Positions 52,655-63,882 are shown, numbered from the stretch's first letter. The stretch is DNA of 64,000 bases from Sedimentisphaerales bacterium (GCA_963663965.2 CAXXFK010000012.1:31043-95042), one strand, 5' to 3'. Notes: generated by a model not told the origin, from the sequence alone. Numbers and translations are program-made.

Positions 52655-53659
52655 TTAATTCCGGATCATCGTATAGTTAGTTTGAGAAACTTGATCGGCA
52701 AGGCTCTGGACCTGAATATTAATCCATTGATAGGTGTGGGTCATGCCGAGTTGCAGTGGATATTGAGGGCGCCAGTTGAGTTTTTGCCGGATGAGCCGGT
52801 TGTCCGAGTTGCGGCCGCGGACACCCTGGGGACCGGGAATGTGATTCAGATCGAGTTGTTTGCCGGCAATGTTCATAGCCATCCGTGCCAGATCGTTGAT
52901 CGAAATCATTTCATCAGAACCGATATTGACCGGACCGGTGAAATTGCTGTTCATGAGTCGGCGGACACCTTCCAGGCATTCATCAATATAGAGAAATGAT
53001 CGGGTCTGGCGGCCGTCGCCCCAGATGTCGATAGTGCCGCCGTCGGGCGCTTCGGCCACTTTGCGGCAGATGGCGGCGGGAGCTTTTTCCTTGCCATTGT
53101 TCCAGGAGCCTTCAGGCCCGAAGATATTGTGAAAGCGGGCAATGCGGACCTGGAGGTCGTAATTGCGATGATAGCTCAGGTAGATACGCTCGCTGAAGAG
53201 CTTTTCCCAGCCATATTCGCTGTCGGGCGCGGCGGGATAAGCTGAGGCCTCTTCACAGCGGGGATTATCCGGATCAAGCTGGTTATATTCGGGATAGATA
53301 CAGGCGGATGATGAATAAAACACGCGCTGGACCCGGTGTCGTTTGCATAACTCGACAATATTGAGATTAATGAGAGCAGAGTTGTGCATGACATCCGCAT
53401 CGTGTTCACCAGTGAAGATATACCCGGCGCCACCCATATCAGCAGCCAGTTGATAGACTTCATCGAAAGGCCGGTCGAGAGCATCGCGACAGAGATCAGG
53501 ATCCCGTAGATCACCGATCATAAAGTCATCGGCCGCGGTCTGGGAGTATTCGGGGAATTTCAGGTCGACCCCGCGTACCCAGAAACCTTCGCGTTTCAGA
53601 CGTTTAACCAGATGAGAGCCGATGAAGCCACCGGCGCCACAAACGAGCGCTTGTTTCAT
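52655..53659 (-). CDS. GDP-mannose 3,5-epimerase-like SDR
   Basis: GAGGFIG, LAADMGG, SSACIYP, YGWEK, EKAPAA, GVRGRNSDN. Confidence 0.88.
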   Translation of the reverse strand: MKQALVCGAGGFIGSHLVKRLKREGFWVRGVDLKFPEYSQTAADDFMIGDLRDPDLCRDALDRPFDEVYQLAADMGGAGYIFTGEHDADVMHNSALINLNIVELCKRHRVQRVFYSSSACIYPEYNQLDPDNPRCEEASAYPAAPDSEYGWEKLFSERIYLSYHRNYDLQVRIARFHNIFGPEGSWNNGKEKAPAAICRKVAEAPDGGTIDIWGDGRQTRSFLYIDECLEGVRRLMNSNFTGPVNIGSDEMISINDLARMAMNIAGKQLDLNHIPGPQGVRGRNSDNRLIRQKLNWRPQYPLQLGMTHTYQWINIQVQSLADQVSQTNYTMIRN

Positions 53660-53669
53660 GAGTCTGTCC

Positions 53670-54914
53670 TCATTGAAAGATGATGTTATGGATTAATTGC
53701 GTTGCTTGTTTCAAGTTAAGTTGTGTTTGAATGGCCTGTAAACCGTTGTGGCCGAGGGCCTGACCGAGTTGACGGTCATGATAGAATTCGAGAATGGCAG
53801 TGGCCAGGGCCCGAGCGTCGCCGGGGGATATGACCCGGCCGCATTTCTGTTCGTGAATGAGCCGGGCAATTTCCGATTTTTCGGACATAATAGCCAGAAC
53901 CGGCCGGGCCGCCGCCATGAGCGCCATGGTTTTGGATGGTACCGAAAGGCCTTCCTGACCGGCTTGCAGACTGACCAGACCAATATCAGCGGCCGTCAGA
54001 GAATAACCGAGTTTCTCGCGCGCAACATAGGTCTCAAAATGGCAATTATTCAGATTCCAGTTGGAAACGTATTCCAGCGCCATGGCTTTTTTGTGGCCTT
54101 CGCCCACAAAAAGAAACAGAATATCATTAAATTCACGCAACTGGCGGGCGGCTTCCAGAATAGTTTCGATATCGTGAAAGCGGCCCATATTGCCGAAATA
54201 ACCGACAACGAATTTCCCTTTTAGCTGCCAGTTTTCCAGATAAGGATTAACAGTAGCTTGAGTAGACGCAATAAGGCGGTCATCAGTCCAGATATGGATT
54301 CGTTTGATCTTTTTTTTGTATTCTGGATGACCGGATTCATCAAGTTTTTGGCTGATCAGATCAGCCATACAGCGTCCAATGACGATGATTGTCTGACTGT
54401 AGCACCAGGAAAGTTTATTGGTCCAGTTCCACAGTCGGGTAAGCAACCCGTTGTCTTTGAGCAGGCCGAGTCGAACAGCTGTGTCGGGATAGACATCAAA
54501 AATCAGGTAATGATAAGGCCCGATCCAGCGCAAGGCGCGCAGCATGGCACAGGCCAGGGCCAGAAACGGCGGATTGGTCAGCACCAGAATAGGTCCGCGC
54601 GGACGATGGACCAAAAGGTAGAGGAGTACGGACACGGCAAAGGTGATCTGGTTGATGATGCGGCCAATCAAATTGAGTTTGGGAAAACGCGTGGCCCGAA
54701 CGCGATGAATCTGAATATTCTGATAAACCATATCGCGTGGGACACGGCTGCGATGATCCATAACTGTAGGCGGGCCGCAGACAACCTGTACCGATACTCC
54801 GGAGGCGGCGAGTTGTTCGCCCAGTTCCGTAAGAGTCTGGCCGGTCGATATCAGCTCGGGATAGAAAAGCTGGCAGAGCATGAGCAGATGAGGTTGACTG
54901 TCGGTTTGGGTCAT
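53670..54914 (-). CDS. GT4 glycosyltransferase (WbuB/WcaI-like)
   Basis: FYPE, TNPP, DVYPD, GNMG, VPSK. Confidence 0.88.
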   Translation of the reverse strand: MTQTDSQPHLLMLCQLFYPELISTGQTLTELGEQLAASGVSVQVVCGPPTVMDHRSRVPRDMVYQNIQIHRVRATRFPKLNLIGRIINQITFAVSVLLYLLVHRPRGPILVLTNPPFLALACAMLRALRWIGPYHYLIFDVYPDTAVRLGLLKDNGLLTRLWNWTNKLSWCYSQTIIVIGRCMADLISQKLDESGHPEYKKKIKRIHIWTDDRLIASTQATVNPYLENWQLKGKFVVGYFGNMGRFHDIETILEAARQLREFNDILFLFVGEGHKKAMALEYVSNWNLNNCHFETYVAREKLGYSLTAADIGLVSLQAGQEGLSVPSKTMALMAAARPVLAIMSEKSEIARLIHEQKCGRVISPGDARALATAILEFYHDRQLGQALGHNGLQAIQTQLNLKQATQLIHNIIFQ

Positions 54915-55996
54915 AAGCGGTCATGGATCGGCTCGGTTAGATGGTGAGACGATTTTTTTGCGATGAGGATCAGATTATCGCCGCTGTTGTCAAGGGCAAG
55001 CGGAAGCCGGGCATCAGATGTATGACCATAGTCCGGTTGAGTGAGTGTCTTGCGAATGATTGCCTCGATAGCGGCCTGGGGATGAAAAGCTTTTTCCTGC
55101 TGAGTTTGCAGCCAGGAACGAAACTGGCGTCTGGCTGTACGAATCAGGTTAACGCCGGGCCACGATTTCCACTTGGCTTGACAGGCAGGTTGTGTAGCCA
55201 GGGCGTTATGGTATGAGAATAGTTGTTCGATGACCAGGCCGGCCTGTTTAGCAAGTTGTGTCAGGTGTTCCGCGTTAAACAGGTGGATATGAAACGGATT
55301 AAACCCGTTCCAGTTTGATCCGAGTTTTGGGATATTCGCGGAACCGGCGTTGGGGGTATCGATGATCATGATACCGTTATCGCAGAGACAGGAAGCGGCG
55401 GCTTGGATAAAAGCAGCGGGATCAGGAACGTGTTCAATAACGTCAATAGCCAGAATCAAGTCGAATGATTCGGTATGACCGGAAGCGAATTGTTCGATGG
55501 TGCCGGTGGTAATATCGAGATTGAAATACTGTCTGGCCCGGTTGGCAGCTGTTGTGGATAGTTCAACTCCCTGGGTTTGCCATCCGAGTTTCTGAAGCAA
55601 GGCTAATAGAAATCCACGCGCGCAGCCAATTTCAAGTGCGCGGCCGGGATGTTGAGTCCGCAGCAGACGAACTGTTCGATTATAGCATTCACGCGCCCGG
55701 CGGCATTCATCGGCGATAGAGCGATGGAAAATATAATAATTATCGTTGTATAAATGCTGGATGGCAACATCGGAGAGCCTCGGCGCGTGGTAAAGAAGGC
55801 CGCAGTCCTGGCATTGGCAGTAATTGATGGCGTGATCCTGGCGATAGCCGGGAAAACGTATTTTGTGCAGGCAGATTGATGCATCCGAATGGCAAAATGG
55901 ACAGACTGTGATCGCAGAATGATCGAGGGTACTATCGGTCGTATCGATCATGACGTTTCTGACTGGATTTGATAGGATTTTATCTTTGATCTGCAC
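54911..55996 (-). CDS. Class I SAM-dependent methyltransferase with N-terminal Zn-binding motif
   Basis: CPFC...CQDCG; LEIGCARG; VIEHV.DP; TPN. Confidence 0.85.
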   Translation of the reverse strand: MQIKDKILSNPVRNVMIDTTDSTLDHSAITVCPFCHSDASICLHKIRFPGYRQDHAINYCQCQDCGLLYHAPRLSDVAIQHLYNDNYYIFHRSIADECRRARECYNRTVRLLRTQHPGRALEIGCARGFLLALLQKLGWQTQGVELSTTAANRARQYFNLDITTGTIEQFASGHTESFDLILAIDVIEHVPDPAAFIQAAASCLCDNGIMIIDTPNAGSANIPKLGSNWNGFNPFHIHLFNAEHLTQLAKQAGLVIEQLFSYHNALATQPACQAKWKSWPGVNLIRTARRQFRSWLQTQQEKAFHPQAAIEAIIRKTLTQPDYGHTSDARLPLALDNSGDNLILIAKKSSHHLTEPIHDRL

Positions 55997-55998
55997 GC

Positions 55999-57135
55999 TT
56001 ACGAATTTATTTTAAAGGGATAGAGTGATGAATCGGAGCTGGATTGACGGGGTGACGAATATCTGTTGATGAGAATTTCATCTGCCAGTGTCCGACAGGC
56101 AGTGAGGGCCTGTTGGGTGGAGATGGCCTGCAAACACCCCTGATCACCCCGGGCGCACGTGGTATTCATACATCCCCGGCAGGGAGTAGTGTGACGCAGG
56201 ACGACATGGCCGGTTCCACCGGGATGCCACTTGCCGTTACGATCGCGATTGGAAAACAGGGCTACACAACGCAAGCCAACCGAAGCGGCCATATGCATGG
56301 GACCGGTGTCATTTCCAATAAAAAAGCGGCAGCGTTCCATAGCCGCCAGCGCCAGCCTGACCGGTAACTGGCCCGCGGCGTTAGTGCCGCAATGCCAATG
56401 GTGAATCAATTCCTGGCCGAGGGCTTTATCTTGAGGACCGCCAAAGACGACAGGCCAGATGTTGTATTCCTGAATCAGGGTTTGGCCAAGTTGCGCGTAT
56501 CGCTCTGGTGGCCAGCGTTTGGCCGGCATATTGGCTCCGGGTGCAAATGCGACCAGCGGACGTTTAACCGGAGTGTGAGTGTTGGCCCAACGTTCGATGT
56601 AATCCCGCTCGAAAGGCTGGAGATTGATATCCCAGCGTAATTGATCTGAGGGTGGACTGGGAATGCCGGAGCGGCTCAGCTTACCCAGTAGCAGTTCCGA
56701 TTCCGGCCGGGAGTCCTGATCGGAGGGCAGGAGAACCGTTTCGAGATGAAAACCCAGCCGATGACGGATCCCTGCGATTCGAAAGAAGGTTTCATCGCGC
56801 CGAATCTGATAGTGACGCCGATTACTGGGCGGCAGGTAAATAACCTGGCTGAAATTACTGCGTTTTATCCGATGGAGCAGGATCAACATTTCGGCGGCGC
56901 GGGCGAATGAATTATCCAGATAGCGATAGTGAATAAATTCATCGATCAGGTCAGCGCCGGTCAGCAGATCGGCAACAGTAACCAGCGCCGGATCATTGTG
57001 TCTTTCAAATAGCAAAGTTAATCGGGCATTGGAAAAATGCCGGCGTATGGCCCACAAAGCCGGCATACTGACCAGGGTATCGCCAAGCTGGCCAATACGA
57101 TAAATGAGAATGTTTTGTTGGGTGGGTTCGGGCAT
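55999..57135 (-). CDS. GT9 (heptosyltransferase-like) glycosyltransferase
   Basis: LGD, PGA..PAKRWP, NDTGPMHMA. Confidence 0.88.
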   Translation of the reverse strand: MPEPTQQNILIYRIGQLGDTLVSMPALWAIRRHFSNARLTLLFERHNDPALVTVADLLTGADLIDEFIHYRYLDNSFARAAEMLILLHRIKRSNFSQVIYLPPSNRRHYQIRRDETFFRIAGIRHRLGFHLETVLLPSDQDSRPESELLLGKLSRSGIPSPPSDQLRWDINLQPFERDYIERWANTHTPVKRPLVAFAPGANMPAKRWPPERYAQLGQTLIQEYNIWPVVFGGPQDKALGQELIHHWHCGTNAAGQLPVRLALAAMERCRFFIGNDTGPMHMAASVGLRCVALFSNRDRNGKWHPGGTGHVVLRHTTPCRGCMNTTCARGDQGCLQAISTQQALTACRTLADEILINRYSSPRQSSSDSSLYPFKINS

Positions 57136-57150
57136 AAGCGAACAATTGCT

Positions 57151-58338
57151 TTATTCAATTAAACCGGCGAGTTGGAAAATCTGGGACCAGCGTTTTTCGT
57201 AAGTATGGTCTTCGAGCGCGCGGCGACGGCCGGCTTGGCGAATGGCGTCAGCTTGTTGAGGATTGTCCAGCATCATACGGATCATTGCAATGCATTCGTC
57301 AGCAGTCCGCCAGGCGAGGATTTCTTCGCCAACACGATAGACATGATCCAGATCGCTGTGGTATTGGGTCAGATAAAGCCCGCCGGACATGGGAATTTCG
57401 AAGTCGCGTGCTTTAAGGCAACAGATTTTACGAGTATGGGCAACGGCTGAAAAACCCAGATTGATGCGGCTACGGGAATAAATGTCGATCATCTGTTGAT
57501 CGGAAACTGAGCCGTTGGGCCATCCACGCCCGAAACAAGTGACACTGATTCCCGAAGCGGCTATTTTTTCGATCAATTCGGCGCGCCAGCCATAGCGTGA
57601 TCCAATAAAGCTGACATCGTATTGAAACAGACCAGGCACCGGACGATGGTGATCGGGATGGGCCGCTTCAGGCCAGAAAAGGGCCAGGCCGTCATGAACT
57701 GCGTATTTTACGACGGAATCGGGCGCGTTGGTCAGGTTGAGATCGACGGCATGGGCAATTGCCGCCGGGCTATGGTAGCGACCACCCCGCAGATGGCCGG
57801 GAAAATAGACTTTGTCATCCCAGCAGAAATTGAAGATGACCGCCCCGGCGCCGGCCATTTGTTCCAGTACCTGGGGATGGGTATTATTGCCGGATAGGTA
57901 TCCCACCACCACATCGACCGGACGGTGATGTCCGGCTTGTTGAAATGCACTGAGCATATCCTGATTCATGGCATCGCGGCGCGCCAGCCAGTCGGAAGAC
58001 CGGTCGTCAAAACCATGTTCTCGCCAATCATAAAAATGAACCTGCCCGAACGGGGCCAGCGATTCGGGCAGGATTCGTTCCCAGTTGGTCACAGTGCAAG
58101 TTAAAAAGATATTGAGTTGTCCTTTGATTGACGGCAGTTTGTTAGCGCGTCGGACGGCGATACGCCGTCGTAACAATTCGGCGATAGAATCAACATCGGG
58201 AACAACGATACCCTGGCGACATGCAACCTGTTGATAGTTTTGCAGACTGCTGTGTGCCTGATGTTCCTGGAACCAGCCTTTCAGATTGTTGTTTACCTGG
58301 ACAATGGCCGGCGACTTTTTTAGCAGGAATTTAATCAT
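57151..58338 (-). CDS. CgeB-like glycosyltransferase
   Basis: DVSFIGS, G.GW, SRINL, R.FEIP..GG, HTY..R. Confidence 0.8.
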   Translation of the reverse strand: MIKFLLKKSPAIVQVNNNLKGWFQEHQAHSSLQNYQQVACRQGIVVPDVDSIAELLRRRIAVRRANKLPSIKGQLNIFLTCTVTNWERILPESLAPFGQVHFYDWREHGFDDRSSDWLARRDAMNQDMLSAFQQAGHHRPVDVVVGYLSGNNTHPQVLEQMAGAGAVIFNFCWDDKVYFPGHLRGGRYHSPAAIAHAVDLNLTNAPDSVVKYAVHDGLALFWPEAAHPDHHRPVPGLFQYDVSFIGSRYGWRAELIEKIAASGISVTCFGRGWPNGSVSDQQMIDIYSRSRINLGFSAVAHTRKICCLKARDFEIPMSGGLYLTQYHSDLDHVYRVGEEILAWRTADECIAMIRMMLDNPQQADAIRQAGRRRALEDHTYEKRWSQIFQLAGLIE

Positions 58339-59285
58339 GGGAATGGGTGGCAAGTTGTTGATGGTACCAGTGTTGCTGGCGGGCCAGATCGATCTGAGAA
58401 TGGACGATATCGACGATTTTTTTTAGACCGCCGACTTTGAACGTTTTCCGGGTCCAGAAGTCCATGGGAGGCGGGGTCTGGCCGGATTGCCATTGGCGGG
58501 CGGTCCACCAGGGCATACGCCGGGCCGGCCGCATACAGCGGAAATCGATTTCATCGCCGGTACGGAACCAGCAGATTTTCAACGATTCATGTTCGATCAG
58601 ATATAAAGCCTCATGAACGATCCGGCCATGAGTTAATGTCTGATTGAGTTTTTTTTGAAGCCGATTACGGAAAATGGCATAGAATTCAATATGCGGGTCA
58701 AAATCATCAGTGATATCAACTCCCTGATAGAGCAGCTGGTCTGGCTGAGGATGTTCAAAATCTGGCTCAGCCAGCATGGCCGACGGTACATTCATAGGTA
58801 GCGATGCATCAAAGTCATCCAGGCCCCAGATCAGTTCCATCAGGTCGACAGGCCCAAAACAGAACAAATCGGGAAAAGAACTGAGCCAGTCCGGATTGAT
58901 ACTCAGGTTGCGAAATCCAGTCATGACCAGGCGCCCGGACAGACCGTGCTGGGGCTGATATTGGGCTTTCGTGATCAGATCTGCCAGGTCGAAGCGGGGT
59001 GGGCAGCAGGTCGGGCCGCCACTTGAGGACAAAATCGCAGCCAAGTTCACGGGCACAGGCCAGACCGGCAGCACTGCTGACCCGCTGGAGATTGCGGTTA
59101 ATTAATCCAGTATGCTCGGGTGGATCAGAAAGAATCAGTTCATAATCACCAGCTGGGACACGGTCTTTTTCACTGGTCCAGGTGCTGATGATGACCCGGT
59201 CGAAATGATGAGCCATTTCATGCAGGACCAGGTCCGCACCGTTACGAATATTGCCTTGAATGACACAAGCAGTTTTAATCGTCAT
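58331..59285 (-). pseudogene. WavE-like LPS synthesis protein split by a +1 frameshift (or sequencing error)
   Basis: VIQG, IISTW, N.NLQ..S..GL, KWRPD in ORF 58815; continues in ORF 58331 if one G of GGGG 58996-58999 is removed. Confidence 0.65.
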
Positions 59286-59319
59286 AAGAAGAGTACCAGT
59301 TTGTATTAATAGTCAACGT

Positions 59320-60882
59320 TTAAGATTGGGTGATGGCAGAGTTGGGCGATGGGTGTTTGAAAGAGAATTTTTTCTGGATCAGACGTAAAACCATATCGCG
59401 CAGATCTCTTTCAACCCAAAGTACAGCCAGGCATCCGGTGATGAAGTAAGCGGTTGAAAACAGGCTGAATTGGATCAGGCTCTGCGGCTGCCAGAGCCGA
59501 TGAATCATGGCAAACAGGGCGACCGGGATCATACTGCGTACCAGAGTTCCTGTCGCTTTATGGAGCAGGTGTTGGGGGGACAGGCGCAGGGTCTGGCAGA
59601 TCATACGAATCTGAATAGTCAGGGCAACGATCAACAGGCTGATAATCGTCGCGATGACGACCCCGATAATACCCCACCAATAGCAGAATAATAATGTCAG
59701 GGGCAACCGGACAATGACTTCAAGTATCATCATGCGGGAAGTAAGTTCGATTTTTCCATGAGCGAATAAGATCGTATTAAGCAGATTGCTGCATGTCAGG
59801 GCCAGCGCCGAAATGGCGATCAGGCCGGTCAGGGAAGCGCCGCCGTAATGTTTGCCGGCGGCCTGGTCGGCCAGCCAGAGTTGAATGAATTCCCGATTCA
59901 TCAGGCAAAAACCGCCCAGACCGATCACTGCCATCCAGATGATAACGCGGGCGATCTGATCGATGCGATTTCGAACCCGGCCCGGGTCAAACGATTCGCC
60001 AAACAGATGGGCGATGCCCGGAGTGCAGGCCGTCACCGTGCGATCGATGAAGATCCGGATAATATCGGAGGCTTTCTGGGTGATGGTTAGCATAGTCGTC
60101 TGAGCTGGTCCGGCGATGGTGGCCACGATCAGGGCATCGGAACGGCGGGCGATATTACCGGCTGAGCGTGACAGGAAAACCCAGAGAGATTTTTTTAGAA
60201 TGGCTTGGAGGATCTGTCGATCAAAATACAAGGCGGGCGATTCTTTGCGGGTTATCCAGTAGATGAAATAGAGCGCATGGCCCACGGCGACGAAGAGCGC
60301 GCGGGCGAGCATTCCCGCGGCGATGGCCAGGATCGATCGACCCTGATAGAGCAGATAAATCGTGACAACGATACCCAGCACCGTGGCGATGATATATTGG
60401 ATACTGATCACGCCGGCCCGTTGCAGTCCCAGGAAGATTCCGCCGAAACCACAGGCAACTATCATAGCGGCTGTGGCCAGGGTAGCCAGGAAAAAGGCCT
60501 GACTGAGAATAGATGAACTGTCAGGCAGGCCAACCCAACCGGCAATATAACTACGTAAACAAGCCCCAAGAATAATAATGCACAGGGCTGGAACCACACT
60601 GACCAGCAGGCCGGTGGCGATAACCGGTGCGAGCTCCTTCGTATCACCTTTGCCGGCATAAGCGGCAACTTGCTGGCTGATGACACTGCCCAAGCCCATA
60701 TCCAGCAGACCCAGATAACCAATAATACTGCCCGTAGCCAGCCAGGCTCCGTAGAGTTCTTCACCGGCGAAGCGGATATAGAGCGGGACCAGAACAATGC
60801 CCTGGACGATCAGGAATACCGTGGTCGAATAATGAGTGAACGCCGAAATAATGGCCGCTTTTTTGCGAGATGGATTTTTCAT
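59320..60882 (-). CDS. Polysaccharide flippase (Wzx/MOP family)
   Basis: About 14 TM helices, G.E.YG.W...LD.G motif, cluster context. Confidence 0.82.
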   Translation of the reverse strand: MKNPSRKKAAIISAFTHYSTTVFLIVQGIVLVPLYIRFAGEELYGAWLATGSIIGYLGLLDMGLGSVISQQVAAYAGKGDTKELAPVIATGLLVSVVPALCIIILGACLRSYIAGWVGLPDSSSILSQAFFLATLATAAMIVACGFGGIFLGLQRAGVISIQYIIATVLGIVVTIYLLYQGRSILAIAAGMLARALFVAVGHALYFIYWITRKESPALYFDRQILQAILKKSLWVFLSRSAGNIARRSDALIVATIAGPAQTTMLTITQKASDIIRIFIDRTVTACTPGIAHLFGESFDPGRVRNRIDQIARVIIWMAVIGLGGFCLMNREFIQLWLADQAAGKHYGGASLTGLIAISALALTCSNLLNTILFAHGKIELTSRMMILEVIVRLPLTLLFCYWWGIIGVVIATIISLLIVALTIQIRMICQTLRLSPQHLLHKATGTLVRSMIPVALFAMIHRLWQPQSLIQFSLFSTAYFITGCLAVLWVERDLRDMVLRLIQKKFSFKHPSPNSAITQS

Positions 60883-60961
60883 AATCAGCGTGATATTTTG
60901 CTGACATAAAATAAATGCCTGAACGGCAAGGTTTTAGCTTACGTTTGACAATAGACCTTAA

Positions 60962-61726
60962 TCAGATTCTTGCAGCTGATCCAACCGGGCGTTCCTGGCT
61001 GGGCATGGCTTCAAAACGATCCAGATCGGATGGAATTCCCAGACCGCACATGCCGATATATTCGTGCCCGACGTTGTAGAAACCCAGCCGTGCGCCATTT
61101 GCCAGCATCTGGTTATAAGCCGGCGCCACGTAGAATTCGCCATTGACGCGGAGGTCAGCGGTAATCATGGCCAGGGCGGCTTTGACAAAATCACGGCCAC
61201 GGGCATAATTGTAGATCCCCACCGTGGCTTCATTGGAAACAACCTGTTTTTCCACGACTTCAATGATTCCATTTTGTTCATTGAGACGCACATACGAACA
61301 TTTCGGATCGTTTGTCCACATGGTCATGATATAACCATCATAGCCCCCACGCGCCATGGCGGCGAGGTAATCATCGATATCAACATCGACCCACTGATCA
61401 CTATTGGCGATCATAAGCGGTTGATCGTTATCAATCAGATGCCGGGCGAGCAGAACCGTACAGGCCGCGCCTTCGGTAACTGTTTCAATCGAGACGATCT
61501 GGGCGGTGGGTTCCAGCTTGAGCAGAAACTGATCGATCTGATGCGCTTCGATATGTTCCTGTAAGCATAGAAAGGTGAACTGGCAGGGCCGGGTAGGCCG
61601 CAGGTTTTCGATGACCAGTTGGATCATCGGGATTCCTCTGACCGGTATCAGGGGTTTGGGCAGACGATAACCCGCCTGGGTCAGGCGACTGCCGCGACCG
61701 GCCATGGGGATTACGATATTGAGCAT
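60962..61726 (-). CDS. GT-A fold nucleotidyltransferase
   Basis: IPMAGRGSR, PKPLI, TEGAACT, NSD, VNGEFYV. Confidence 0.85.
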   Translation of the reverse strand: MLNIVIPMAGRGSRLTQAGYRLPKPLIPVRGIPMIQLVIENLRPTRPCQFTFLCLQEHIEAHQIDQFLLKLEPTAQIVSIETVTEGAACTVLLARHLIDNDQPLMIANSDQWVDVDIDDYLAAMARGGYDGYIMTMWTNDPKCSYVRLNEQNGIIEVVEKQVVSNEATVGIYNYARGRDFVKAALAMITADLRVNGEFYVAPAYNQMLANGARLGFYNVGHEYIGMCGLGIPSDLDRFEAMPSQERPVGSAARI

Positions 61727-61887
61727 GATGATTCTCCTGCCTTAATGGCAATACGATCTAAGGATGTTATCAGTAACTTGATCATTAACGATTCAAAAGA
61801 TCCGCTTGCCCGCAAGAAGAGACGCGATGATTCATGTCTTTATTCATGAGGGTGATCGGATGTTGCTATACCCGATGGGGCAAACTA

Positions 61888-62217
61888 TCAGATTTTATCG
61901 GTAAGGTATTTGTCCTGGGGAGCAGAGGGTAATTTTACCACCACATTAATAGTATCGGTAACCGCCTGAAAATCGGTGCTTTCACCCGGTTCCAGCAGGA
62001 TAATATCGCCGGCGTGGCGGGTCTGGCCGTTCATTATGACAGTGCCTTCGATAATCACGGTGATTTCAGTCGATATTTTATGCAGGTGACGGGCTTCGGT
62101 GTCCCCGGCGCTGTAGCGCTGAACGGCGACTTCCACGCCCTGGGTGCGAAAGATATTTGGTTCAAAATCACCGACAAACCAGCCGCGAATCATGTCTTTC
62201 AGTTGTGCGGTTTTCAT
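61888..62217 (-). CDS. Cupin domain protein
   Basis: GWFVGDFEP, HLHK..E, GDII. Confidence 0.8.
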   Translation of the reverse strand: MKTAQLKDMIRGWFVGDFEPNIFRTQGVEVAVQRYSAGDTEARHLHKISTEITVIIEGTVIMNGQTRHAGDIILLEPGESTDFQAVTDTINVVVKLPSAPQDKYLTDKI

Positions 62218-62223
62218 AATATT

Positions 62224-63867
62224 TTAGGATTCAGTTGAATGCGTTCTGGATTGGTCTGAATTTTGATTGGATGGCATTTCGAACAGTGTGGTCAAGGCTT
62301 GTTCGATATTAAAATCCAGTAATTGGCCGGGCAAATTGGGTAGTGGATCAAGGGCCGTGCGCTCGGTTGGACTAACAAACGAATTAGTCCGAAAGCGGCA
62401 CAGGATATCATATCCCTGTTTATATATTTTGGTTAAGCGGGTGCGCAGCGTCAGTAAATAAATCGAGTATCCGCAAAACCAGCGAAAAGGGGCAGTCAGC
62501 GGATTAAATACGATCAGACGACTGGTCAGGATTCGATGAATCCGATCCGGAATCTGATAGCGGCTGGAAATAAGGAACAGGAACCAGGCGTAGGTAGGAT
62601 AAATATCGTCGTGATACATTTTATCGCAATCGATATCCGGTCCGGGGATGATCGCTTCGTCACAGGCGCGTCGGGTCAGGTTGGTGCCGGGAAACCATGT
62701 CAGCGAATAGAGCATGATATGGCGCGGACGTGGTAAAGCTGAGAGCAATCTCAAACTGGCCAGCCAGTCCTGTTCGCTCTCGTAGGGATTATCCAGAATA
62801 AAACCATAGGTGATTTTAATACCCCGATCTGAATATTGATGAATCGTCTGGGCGGCATTAATGATATGGTCGGGGGGGACCGGTCGATGATAAATCTCTT
62901 TGAGAATGCGTTCGGAGCCGGTTTGAACCCCCATGGCCACTTCACGCAATCCATAACTGGCCAGCAGGTCGATTTTTTCAGGGGTAACATGGCGCGGTGT
63001 GGCATTGATATTAAAGGTGATATGCAGATTATCTCGCAGATACCGGCCGATTTCCCGCAGTTCTTCGATATCACGGTCAAGAAAATCATCATCATTGATG
63101 GTAATGTGACGCACCCAGGGCATGAAATTCATATGGTCGCGTAACTGCTCTTTGATCCGCGCTACCGTCAGGGTCCGGTACCAGCGCTGGCTGGACTCCC
63201 TGAGCAAATCGCGATAAAGCGAATTGGAGCAATAGGTGCAGGCCAGTCGGCAGCCCCGTTGGCTGTAGAACATAAAGCCTTTGTTGTGGAAAAACCGGGC
63301 ACGCGCCACTGGATCAAGCGGGATCTTAACCAGCCGTCGCCCTTCTTTATAGGAAGTCAGCAGAAAACTGTTGAGCATGCGGGTATCCGGCGTGGGCAGT
63401 TTGTCCAGATCCTGGGGTGACCAGGTCACCGGTTGAATAACCGGTCCGTCATCACTGTGATAGCCGATATTGGGAATTTCACGAATATGGCCCAGTCCGC
63501 ACAGCATTTCGTACAATAGTCGCAGGGGTTCTTCACCTTCACCCCGGCAGATATAATCCACCTGTTCCAGACTATCCTGAGGTAGGGCCGTGGCATGGAT
63601 TCCACCCATGATAACAGGGATATCCTCCTGTCGAATCCGCCGGATCAGGGGAGTAAAGATACGAACATCCTTGCTCATCAGCGAGAAGCCAACCAGGACA
63701 GAATCCTGTATCATGGAAACAATATCCCGGATCAGGGCGGGATAGAGCGACAGGGTATGGCTCAGGTAAATGGCTCGAACCGGAATGTAGTGATCTTCCA
63801 GATAGCCTTTCAGTGATTTGATCGAGCCTTCACTCAGAGGATGACCATTGGTAATAAGAGTAATCAT
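62224..63867 (-). CDS. B12-binding radical SAM enzyme
   Basis: GGIHAT and GEGE cobalamin-domain motifs; RGCRLACTYC; G.QTGS. Confidence 0.88.
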   Translation of the reverse strand: MITLITNGHPLSEGSIKSLKGYLEDHYIPVRAIYLSHTLSLYPALIRDIVSMIQDSVLVGFSLMSKDVRIFTPLIRRIRQEDIPVIMGGIHATALPQDSLEQVDYICRGEGEEPLRLLYEMLCGLGHIREIPNIGYHSDDGPVIQPVTWSPQDLDKLPTPDTRMLNSFLLTSYKEGRRLVKIPLDPVARARFFHNKGFMFYSQRGCRLACTYCSNSLYRDLLRESSQRWYRTLTVARIKEQLRDHMNFMPWVRHITINDDDFLDRDIEELREIGRYLRDNLHITFNINATPRHVTPEKIDLLASYGLREVAMGVQTGSERILKEIYHRPVPPDHIINAAQTIHQYSDRGIKITYGFILDNPYESEQDWLASLRLLSALPRPRHIMLYSLTWFPGTNLTRRACDEAIIPGPDIDCDKMYHDDIYPTYAWFLFLISSRYQIPDRIHRILTSRLIVFNPLTAPFRWFCGYSIYLLTLRTRLTKIYKQGYDILCRFRTNSFVSPTERTALDPLPNLPGQLLDFNIEQALTTLFEMPSNQNSDQSRTHSTES

Positions 63868-63882
63868 GATCGTTTTATGGAT

